Shown here: positions 17,084 through 25,400 of the stretch, piece by piece
Numbering within the stretch: the stretch's first letter is position 1
Layout of the letters: each line of letters opens with the position of its first letter
Origin: Planctomycetota bacterium
Lineage (GTDB): Bacteria; Planctomycetota; Planctomycetia; Pirellulales; PNKZ01
Reading direction: 5' to 3'
DNA: 64,000 nucleotides
Assembly: GCA_018242585.1 (NCBI GenBank)
Contig: JAFEBQ010000004.1
Span: 35,558-99,557 of the forward strand
Notes under the pieces: model-generated
Database searches by the model: none
Told to the model about the DNA's origin: nothing
Seen by the model: only the letters and a program-made list of their open reading frames with translations
Position numbers and translations under genes: made by a program

Positions 17084-17471
17084 TCAACGAAAGATCGAGA
17101 TAATGCGGCGACGCCAAGCGCGACCACACGCTCCGTCGTGTCACCCCCAAAAGCAATCGGTGCGCCAAAACGTCGCCACGTGGCGAAAGTATGGCCAGTT
17201 AGTCGCTTACGAGATTATTTGCACCATGCCACTAATGAGCAATGCGACAATTTGCCGCCCTCCCCAAATGGCGGAAGACAAATTGTCGCACGCCGCGCGC
17301 GGTCATTGAAATGGGTTTCTAACCCTGTCCGCGCTGGTTCGCGGGGCAACGCCGGTGGCGAATCGATCACGCTCCACGATTCAGGCGCGACGAAACGCAT
17401 ACCCGTGGCACGGCTTAGAAGCCCCGATTCAAAAACCGGGGTTGATGTGAAAAGCGCCGGCGTGTTGAGTG

Positions 17472-17672
17472 CTAGCCACGCGCTACTTCGCGCAGAGATT
17501 CTTCGGCCTCGTGCAACTTTTCGAGCATCTGGCACAGTTCGGTGACGTTGTCCTCGTCGGCTGCGGTCGGCGCGGCGTCGGCGGTCGACGGCTGTTGCCA
17601 GTGGGCGACCTGCTCGCGAATGGTTTCGACCTGTTCTTCTAGCTGCACGATGTCGCGTGATGGGCTCATCAT
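17472..17672 (-). CDS. small acidic coiled-coil protein (66 aa), hypothetical
   Basis: MMSPSRDIVQLEEQVETIREQVAHWQQ...LCQMLEKLHEAEESLREVARG. Codon usage resembles neighbouring genes. AAGGGA lies 5-10 nt upstream of the ATG. Confidence 0.5.
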   Translation of the reverse strand: MMSPSRDIVQLEEQVETIREQVAHWQQPSTADAAPTAADEDNVTELCQMLEKLHEAEESLREVARG

Positions 17673-18116
17673 TGATTCCCTTTGCAGTAGGCTACTGCAA
17701 CATTATCGCTCTTGGCCAAACATGGCAACGATCAATCTCCTGACAAAACCGATGCCGTGATTGTTTGCCTTCAGTTGATCCATTACGGCTCATCACGCGC
17801 CACGATGGGGATGCAGAATACTCAAGCGACGCACGCGAGCGAGATTTGCACAAGCTGGGAAAACCACCGACGATTCACAGCGCCACAACTCACCCGGCAG
17901 TCTATCAGCAATGGCTCGTCTGCATGGTGTCGCGAAATGGATACAGTGCGAGACGATTTCAGTCTTAGTTTGCTTCGATAGCTCGCGTCGTCGAACTCAG
18001 AACGTGAGTTGGTCGCGATCAACCTGATTGCCATCCTGTCATATTTCCCTCGCTTTCTTGGCGATTCTTGCCAACTTCCCTGATGTGGATTGGTTTTCTC
18101 TCCATTCACCACGACT

Positions 18117-18131
18117 TGGCACACCGTTTGC
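18117..18131 (+). promoter_or_regulatory. candidate sigma-54 (-24/-12) promoter
   Basis: TGGCAC(18117-18122)-accgt-TTGC(18128-18131) is an exact match to TGGCAC-N5-TTGC. It is intergenic, 86 nt upstream of and oriented toward the ORF at 18217. Confidence 0.55.
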
Positions 18132-18216
18132 GTTTATCTGGCCACAAGCTCGGTACGAGTCTGGCACAAACAACAATCCACCCCAGTTCAGGTTCCGACC
18201 GCGAAAGGATGCCACC

Positions 18217-18414
18217 ATGGTCAGCCATAACCACGACAGCCGATTGAATCAGCCGTGCCACTTGTCGATTCGGGAAATCCATCACCGCGCCGACCTGATC
18301 CGCGATCAATGGGACTCGCACGAATTGCAGGTGCGCCACGAACGGGCCTTGGAAGCGCAGGCTCGCTTGATACGGATGGCCATCTCGCTCGACGAATCGG
18401 CTTGCGGGCGCTAA
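18217..18414 (+). CDS. small His-rich hypothetical protein (65 aa)
   Basis: MVSHNHDSRLNQPCHLSIREIHHRADLIRDQWDSHELQVRHERALEAQARLIRMAISLDESACGR. GAAAGGA lies upstream of the ATG. Third positions are G/C-rich. It is preceded by the -24/-12 candidate. Confidence 0.45.
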   Translation: MVSHNHDSRLNQPCHLSIREIHHRADLIRDQWDSHELQVRHERALEAQARLIRMAISLDESACGR

Positions 18415-18686
18415 GTCGTCGCGGATTTGCCGTCGAGTGCCGGCGTCGGATTGGCGATTTGCGCCCCACCTGCTTCGGCGGGCGGCTGATCGCCAAGCTC
18501 GACGGCCGTGGTCATCGTTTCGGCCACCACCGAGCCCAAGGCGCTCAAGATGGGTGTCGTATCGCGGAAAAGCCGGCCCACCGCCAGCCGCACATGCCCA
18601 GTCGCCGGCAACACACCATTGGTCGGTTCAAACCCCTTCCAATCGGCGTTCGACAATGGGCAATTGCACCCAGGCGCGCGTGGCAT
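18411..18686 (-). CDS. hypothetical protein (91 aa), last gene of minus-strand operon
   Basis: First ATG after an in-frame stop, 43 nt downstream of the preceding gene. Third positions are strongly G/C. No family recognised. Confidence 0.45.
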   Translation of the reverse strand: MPRAPGCNCPLSNADWKGFEPTNGVLPATGHVRLAVGRLFRDTTPILSALGSVVAETMTTAVELGDQPPAEAGGAQIANPTPALDGKSATT

Positions 18687-18728
18687 TGGCGGGCGCGACG
18701 GTCAACTCGTCGGCGTTGACCAAAACGG

Positions 18729-19073
18729 TTAGCTGCGCCGGCCCAGCCATTGGGTAATCAGCAGCTTGGCGACTTCAACCATCGGTGGCAGCGCGAGCGT
18801 CAGCCACGAGGGAATCGGCGCCGGCGCGGCCTCTCCTTTGGTGGGCCGACTTCGTCGCGTGGTGAACACCATTCGGCCGACCGCAAAGCCGACCAGGCCA
18901 GCGCCGGCGGTCGAGAGCCACGGATGCTGGCCGACGATACGGCGCGGCTCCAGATCATCACCAACGCGCGCGACGATTTCGCCACGGCGACGGCGGATAC
19001 CGGCCTCGGCCAGGGCCAGTTCGCCGGCCAGCGGATCACGCTGGTTCGCTGATGTCGCGGCCAAATTGCTCAC
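18729..19073 (-). CDS. small membrane protein, YqjK-like position (GTG start)
   Basis: Coiled N-terminus, then HPWLSTAGAGLVGFAVGRMVF. It follows DUF883 and holin-family genes, as in the enterobacterial yqjD-yqjE-yqjK arrangement. The assignment rests on context and architecture only. Confidence 0.5.
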   Translation of the reverse strand: MSNLAATSANQRDPLAGELALAEAGIRRRRGEIVARVGDDLEPRRIVGQHPWLSTAGAGLVGFAVGRMVFTTRRSRPTKGEAAPAPIPSWLTLALPPMVEVAKLLITQWLGRRS

Positions 19074-19488
19074 GCTGTTGTTCCCGACGATGCTCGTATT
19101 TTTTGCGCAATTGCGCCCGCCACGCGGCCCTCATTCGCCAGACCACCCCCCCGCCCAGCGTCACCGTGGCCAACAACACCCCCGCGCCGACGCCCACACA
19201 CCCCAGCCAAAGCCGGCCACCGAGCGCCTCGCCCAGCAGCACCGCCGCTCCGATCAACAGCAGCGCCGTGGCCACCATCAACGCGGCAACGACCATCGAC
19301 AGGGCCAAGATCCCGGCGACCCCCAGGATGGCCGCACGGTGCGCGCGATCGCGCCACTGATCGAGGCGAACCGACAGATAGTACCAGACGTACTCGGCCA
19401 ACTCTTGCCCAAGCTGCGCATACGTCGCGTCGGCGTCCGCCTCTGGCGCGGGCGGTTGTTCCGGATCGTCGTGAACCTGGGCGATCAT
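19036..19488 (-). CDS. phage-holin-superfamily-III-like membrane protein (YqjE-like)
   Basis: Two long TM segments (AAILGVAGILALSMVVAALMVATALLLIGAAVLLG; LWLGCVGVGAGVLLATVTLGGGVVW) are followed by the basic tail RAQLRKKYEHRREQQREQ. It lies directly downstream of a DUF883 gene. Confidence 0.65.
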   Translation of the reverse strand: MIAQVHDDPEQPPAPEADADATYAQLGQELAEYVWYYLSVRLDQWRDRAHRAAILGVAGILALSMVVAALMVATALLLIGAAVLLGEALGGRLWLGCVGVGAGVLLATVTLGGGVVWRMRAAWRAQLRKKYEHRREQQREQFGRDISEPA

Positions 19489-19552
19489 GGCGAGTTACTT
19501 TCGGCAGCACCTGCGCACCGCGCCACCATCCCTTGGCACGGTAACGCGAAGA

Positions 19553-19852
19553 TCAGCGACGCGTCCAAATGGCTCCCAATACAAAACCGATTCCCGCCGC
19601 CGTCAGCACCGCGCGGATCGGATGTTCGGTCAAGCACTGCTCGATCGATTGCTCGACCCCGCGGATCTTGGCACGCTGTTCTTCGCGGCACGTCTCGGCT
19701 TCCTGGCGCAAGTCACTGACTTTTTCCCGCGCCGCCGCCTTGGCCGCTTCGGCCAGAGCCTTGATATCTCGTTCCAAATCGGCCAACCGCTGGCGCAGCT
19801 CTGCGGCGGCGCGATGCGTTTGATCCGCTGAGCTGGTGTCACCCGTCGACAT
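19553..19852 (-). CDS. DUF883 family (ElaB/YqjD-like) membrane-anchored protein
   Basis: A helical, charged N-terminal ~70 aa is followed by EHPIRAVLTAAGIGFVLGAIWTRR. This matches the family C-terminal anchor pattern (ENPW..vgiaAgiG.vlG.ll.RR). Confidence 0.8.
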   Translation of the reverse strand: MSTGDTSSADQTHRAAAELRQRLADLERDIKALAEAAKAAAREKVSDLRQEAETCREEQRAKIRGVEQSIEQCLTEHPIRAVLTAAGIGFVLGAIWTRR

Positions 19853-19886
19853 GATCCGACTCTCCTCCGTTCAGGTTCCGAAACGA

Positions 19887-20123
19887 TCAAGGCTGCGGAG
19901 GTTGTCGCGCCTGGTGCTTTTCGATATATGACCGGGCGCGGTCATGATCGATGGCGCGGACCAGCAGCTTGATCTTCATCATTCCCAATCCGACCAGGCC
20001 AGCCTGCGATTCGCCGTCCACTTCGCACTTGATTCCCTCGCCGTGCAAAGCGCCGCGCAACAGCTCGGCTTCGGTCGCGTCGGACGTGGAAAACACCTCT
20101 ACTAAATCGTCACTTTGAAGCAT
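19887..20123 (-). CDS. DUF2007 domain protein (putative signal-transducing, PII-like fold)
   Basis: The 78-aa product LVEVFSTSDATEAELLRGALHGEGIKCEVDGE...IKLLVRAIDHDRARSYIE fits the typical DUF2007 pattern. Confidence 0.7.
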   Translation of the reverse strand: MLQSDDLVEVFSTSDATEAELLRGALHGEGIKCEVDGESQAGLVGLGMMKIKLLVRAIDHDRARSYIEKHQARQPPQP

Positions 20124-20879
20124 GATTCAAGCCTTCCGTTGTTGCAACCGCCTGGAACCGCTCGCGATTCTCCGGCAATCGTCCTTATATCGCAGCATTC
20201 CCGGGCGGAGGCAATCACCTGGGGGCAAATTTCGTCAGACAGGTTGACCTCGTGTTGACCAATGCTCATGCGACAAATCCGCACGATCCGCCACGCTTAA
20301 GAATGGCCAACCAGCAACGCCGACGTTTTTCCGATGGATACGAAGCCCGTCGGTTACCACCGCGATGGGCGAAGCCGTCGATTTGACGCACACGTTGCTG
20401 GCGCGCTAATTGCCCACGAAGCGAAGGTGGCGTCCGTCAGAATCGGACAAGGCGTTGTCGTGCGCGAATTGTCGATTGCCATGAGCATGGTTGTGGTTGA
20501 AATGGCCAACGAAGAGGCCGGACGACACGGTATCCAGGCGACGATGGCCCATTTGCAATTGAGATCCCTGTTGTGAGTCGTCAAGAAGACGGCGCTCGCG
20601 TCCTTGGCAATGAAGCATCGCGCTGGCGGCGCTGATCGGCGACCCGACGACCAACCACGCCGCGCGACGACCGGCAGGAGCCAATGTGTCAGTGACACAG
20701 ATCATCACGGGGACGGTCTGTCACCGGGAAGCGGCAATGGCGCGCGACGAGTGGAAGCCGACGGAACTCGACTAGCTGTTCATCAACACAGCGGCTGAGT
20801 TGAATGCGGCGTCAGCCCACGACCTTCCAGCGCCGTTTAGCATGAAACCTGACGTCGCAACTCGCCAGGGATCGCCGCA

Positions 20880-21287
20880 CTATCGCGAAACGGCCGTCGT
20901 GTCGCCGATCGAGCTGACCGCGTGGACAAGCGACAGAATCGCCGCGCGAACCGAGTCGGGAACCTTGGGCCAAGCCTCTTCGACGAACTGCAAGTCTGGC
21001 TCGTGTCGCGGGTGGTTGTCCGCGCGGTCGTCCGGGTGGTGAATGCCATACTGCGCCGCGGCCAGAATCAGCTCGCGCCGCGAGCGGGCTTTGGTCTTTT
21101 GGCGAATGCGGTGGACAAATACGTTCACCGTGCCAGCCGCTACTCCGATCGTGTCCGCGATTTCCTTGTGGCTATAGCCTTGAACCAGGTACGTCAGGAC
21201 GGACATCTCGCGCTGGCTCAATTCGGGCCAAGCGTGCGGGGATGCTAACACTTTGGTTTCGTTCAGTTCGTGTTCCACGATCGACAT
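20880..21287 (-). CDS. LuxR/GerE-type HTH transcriptional regulator (135 aa)
   Basis: Start placed at ATG 21287 (MSIVEHEL...). HTH: LSQREMSVLTYLVQGYSHKEIADTIGVAAGTVNVFVHRIRQKT. The upstream 91 codons of track ORF 20880..21560 are Cys/Arg/Phe-rich and look non-coding. It is divergent from the giant gene. Confidence 0.75.
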   Translation of the reverse strand: MSIVEHELNETKVLASPHAWPELSQREMSVLTYLVQGYSHKEIADTIGVAAGTVNVFVHRIRQKTKARSRRELILAAAQYGIHHPDDRADNHPRHEPDLQFVEEAWPKVPDSVRAAILSLVHAVSSIGDTTAVSR

Positions 21288-22041
21288 AACTGCGGACTCC
21301 CATCCTGAAATACACCGTCGCCATCCTCGTCGGTCGCCATTCTCAGTTTGGCTGTCGACGGACAACTCCTCGCGGCCGCGCGTCGTAGCGCGGCATCGAA
21401 AAAGGTTAACTTTGTCTGTGTATTGAACGCTGCCTGCGCGTTGGACGCAGGATCGACACCAGCCGACGTAAAGCAAATGGCGTACCCTGGCACGACAAAC
21501 GAGCCCCACCGATGAGGGGAAAACCAGAAAATCGCCGAGAAACACGACAAATAATCGCAAGAAAATAATTTACGTTCTCCGTTGCAAGGGGGGGTGCGCG
21601 GAGCGTCATTACGCCAGCGCGTCGCCGAATCCATGCACTACCCGCCATTCTGTCGTATTTGACAACCACAACACGCATGATTGCGCCGCGCGGCGCCGCG
21701 GACAGCTTGAACGGCGGCTCTCGATGCTCGCAACAGCCTCAAGAAAGTGCTTGGCGCAGCGGTCCGATTTGCTCGTGACGATGAGCGCCGCCGCACATCA
21801 TTCATACTGGCGAGGCAGCAACTTCTTTTGCTTTAACGCAACCCGCGCAATCAATCATTAACGACAGACTGTCGCGAAAGCTTTACAAAACACGCGACTG
21901 CCTGTCGGGGGGCACGACACCCCACCAAGCGTCTTACGCCACTCTTCTTCAAAAAATGCGCGCGCAAAACATTAACGATTCCCGTCATTTTAGCATTTTT
22001 TCTTTACACGCGCGGCGTTCGCTCGCGCGTGGCATGCCTGC

Positions 22042-22056
22042 TGGCATATTTTTTGC
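22042..22056 (+). promoter_or_regulatory. candidate sigma-54 (-24/-12) promoter upstream of the giant gene
   Basis: TGGCAT(22042-22047)-atttt-TTGC(22053-22056), with correct GG/GC spacing. It is on the + strand, 355 nt upstream of ATG 22411. Confidence 0.5.
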
Positions 22057-22410
22057 CTTCTACCTAGTCGCGCGGGCTGTGCGTTGATAACGCGGCTGTT
22101 TTGAAAGCGCTGGCTCGGGAGATGCCAGTCGCATTCGGTACGGCTGTGTGCGACGGCAATTCGCAACGGCATGTCTCAGGGCTGACGCGTGCCACCTGCA
22201 CGGGGCAGTGTATCCGTTTGATTGAGATGCCCGCGAAGGGGGTGCCTTCGTGGGAGTGCGTTGTGCGCTCGGCTTCGGATCGAATTTGGTTGCAAATTTC
22301 GACGGCCTTTCTGGCCAAATCCTGAGACGACCTGTGGTGCGGCGAAGGTTTCCTTCGAACCGGCGGTTGTGCTGCGCCCAGAGTCTCGTTGCTTGACAAG
22401 GTAGGCGGTT

Positions 22411-22497
22411 ATGTACGTAAAGGCTTCGCGCCGCTGGGCGGCCGCGTGGTTGCTGCTCCTTTCGTTTTGCTCGGGGTTCGCGCCGCGCTTGCAGGCC
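22411..22497 (+). other. predicted Sec signal peptide of the giant protein
   Basis: Basic n-region KASRR, hydrophobic core WAAAWLLLLSFCSGF, and LQA-A cleavage-type site. Confidence 0.6.
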
Positions 22498-25400
22498 GCC
22501 CCGCCAGCTAGCGATTCCGTTCCCAACCTCGGCCAGCCGCGAGGGGAAGCGCGTTCCCCGCTAGTCTGGGGCTGGGACCGGCAATCATTGCGACCGATGG
22601 CGCCACAGCCCGCGGCGCCCTTGGCCATTGCCGAGCGCGCCGATTACCGCTATGGCATCGAAGTCGGAGCGCTCGGCATCGCGCGCGAAGCAACTCCGCC
22701 GCCCGCGCGTCGAGCGGCCGATGAAGCCGGCGTATTGACCGAGTCGTTGCTGCCGCTGCGCAGTGGCACGCTCCGCTTCCAAAATGGGCTGTCGCCGATC
22801 TTCACACGCGCGCGGACGCTAACCATCCCGCTGCCCGCTCAATCGCGGCCAGTGCTGTACGTGCCCAATGCCGAAGAATTGCAACAACTGCAACAGCAGG
22901 TGGCGAAGCAACAGGTCAAAGTTGACGCGCTGCGACAAAAAGCCGCACAACGGCGCCAAGCCGAGTTGACGGCGCGCCGCGGCGGTGGCAACGGTTGGTT
23001 CAGCGTCGGCTTCTTCATGCTTGCCGCGCTGGGCGTCGTCGTCATGTGGTGCTGGCTGGCTCGGAGCGCTCGTGTCGGCGGCCCAGCACCGGTCGGCGCA
23101 ATCGAAACCGACCAACTCGATGACGTCTGGGACGAGGAAGCGTTCTTTGAAGAATCGGCTGCGGCCGGTCAGTTCGCGGCTTTGGCCTTGGAGCTCAAGC
23201 GGGCCTTCCTCACCGGACAAGCGCGGATCGACGCCTGGCTCGAACGAGGTGGATTGTTGCGTTGGTGGGACGCGCTGATCGCCGCCTGCGGTTCCATGGC
23301 TCGCGACGCGGTGGATTTGGCGACCGGCACTCGATCAACGCGCCGTCAGATCGCGCGGCGCGTCGGCCACCACGCGCTGGTTTACTGGTGCGTCATCATG
23401 TCGGTGCTCATCGGCCTGCCCCAATCATCACGCGCCGGGACGTTTTACTGGGATCCAAATCAGAACGTGAACAACAGCAATCCCTACAGCCTGGCCACGC
23501 AGATCGGGCTGGGTGGGGCTGGCACGTGGGACAACTTGACCACGATGTGGTGGGATGGCTCGAGTGTTACCGACACCACTTGGAACAACGCCGGCAACGA
23601 CGTGGCGGTGTTCGGCGGGCTGGTCGGCGGGGCCGTCAACTTGCAGGCCGCGGGAATCACCGTCGGCGGCGTGACGTTCAACACCACGGGCTATACGGTC
23701 GGCAGCGCCAACACCCTGACCCTGGGGGGAACGACGGCCACGTTGACGGCCAACGCCAGCGCCACCATTTCGTCGATCCTGGCCGGTTCGGCGAACATGG
23801 TGAAGAACGGCGGTGGCACCTTGACCATCACGGGCGCTTCGACCGGCTTTACCGGCGGCACGACGATCACGGCTGGAACACTGCTGCTCAAACAAGTGAG
23901 CCTGGGCCCCACGGGCACGCCGACGACCATCACCCTGAACAACGGCGGCGTTCTGAACACGTTCGACGCGGCGGCGTTTACGTACACCAACTTGATCAAC
24001 GTCCAAGGGGCGGCCACGATCACCAATGGCGGAAACGTCCCCACCACGATCAGCGGCGGGCTGAACGTGGCCAATTCGCTCTTCACGATTGCTGGCTTTA
24101 GCACCTATACGTTCTCGGGCGCGACGACGCTGGCTGGGCCGATCACGACGTTGAATGTCGGCAACACGGTCTTCCTCTCGGGCAACGTCACCGGCGCGGT
24201 GCTCAACAAGACGGGCGGCGGCCCCTTGGTGCTAAACGGCGGCGCGGGGGTCAACGACAGTTGGTCGTTCACGCCGACGTTCCCCTCGGGCGGCTCGAAC
24301 CCGATGGCCGTGACCAATATCCTGCAAGGCCGCTTGTTATTTCAGGGGGCCAATTCGCAATTACAAGCGGGGACCGTCCTGGTCAATGCCGGCGGTGAAC
24401 TGGAAGTCAGTACTGGCGCGAATCTGAATGCGGGCACGAATATCGTGCTGGCTTCGAGTCTGAATGGCATGGGCGCCCTCGGCTTGAACTCGGCGGTGGA
24501 CATGAGCGCGACGCCGATCGCCAATTTTCAGAACGCGATCGTGGGCGTGTACGGCGGCGCGTTTCAGATCAATAGCTCGACCTATACCTTCCCCATCGAT
24601 CTGTCCAACTTCCTCTGGTCGACCGGGGCTTCGAGCAGCCCGATCTATCTCGGCTCGGCGGCGGGCGGCACGTTAACGGGCACCTTGTCCCCCGACCCGA
24701 CCGGCGCCTATCGCTTGGGTGGGAATCTGTTGAACAACACGCTGACCGTGTCGGGCAACAACACATTTACCAACGCCACGGCCCCGTTGATCATCGGCTC
24801 GCCGATCGGCAACGTGTCAGGCTACAACACCTCGACCGGCGCCACGGTCATCAGCGGCAACAACGCCGGCTACAGCGGCACGGTGACCGTCAACGGCCGC
24901 AGCCAACTGAACCTGGCCGGCACGACCAATCAGAACCCCATCGGCACCGGCGTGATCGATTTGCTCGGCCTGAGCACGTTGAACATCAACGGCAAGTACG
25001 TGGGCACCAGCCCGATGCTGGGTAACACCACCGTCAATGCCTATGCCGGCAGCACGATCCAGTTGAACAACACGGCGTTCACCACCGCCAACACGAACGT
25101 CCGCTTCGATCCGTCAACCGTGCTGAACATGTACGGTTCGACGCTGAATTTCACCGTCTCGTACACGGGTGCCTTGACCACTTCGGCCCAGCAGTTCGCG
25201 ACCTTGAACATGTCGGGCGCGGTCAGCCTTCAGGCCAGCACCACTACCACCAGCGGCACCGGCACGTTGACCTTCTCGGCCTTGAACCGTAACGACAACG
25301 CCACCTTGGCATTCCTGGCGTCGACGACGTCGTACGCCATCATCGGCCGCGCGACCAGCACTGGCAGCGTGCAAATCTTCGCCCCCAATCTCAACGGCAC

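Noticed and set aside
17219-17232. TGGCATGGTGCAA on the minus strand upstream of the histidine kinase, considered as a sigma-54 promoter.
   Set aside because: The GG-to-GC spacing is 8 nt instead of 12, so it is not a -24/-12 element.
17243-17290. 11-bp inverted repeat GCGACAATTTG...CAAATTGTCGC upstream of the kinase operon, considered as a regulatory site or terminator.
   Set aside because: The repeat is real, but I cannot assign a role. It lies ~180 nt from the preceding stop and ~160 nt from the kinase start, with no T-tract and no second copy in the window.
14216-17545. + strand ORFs opposite the NtrC-family and histidine kinase genes (for example 14441..15046, 15512..16147, 15621..16232, 16661..17545).
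   Set aside because: Antisense shadows of two genes with clear catalytic motifs.
18766-19719. 317-aa + strand ORF across the yqjDEK-like operon.
   Set aside because: Pro/Arg/Ser/Ala-rich, and antisense to three genes with family-typical membrane anchors.
20880-21560. Full 226-aa version of the LuxR-type ORF.
   Set aside because: The N-terminal 91 codons are Cys/Arg/Phe-rich and lie in AT-richer DNA. The HTH protein most plausibly starts at ATG 21287.
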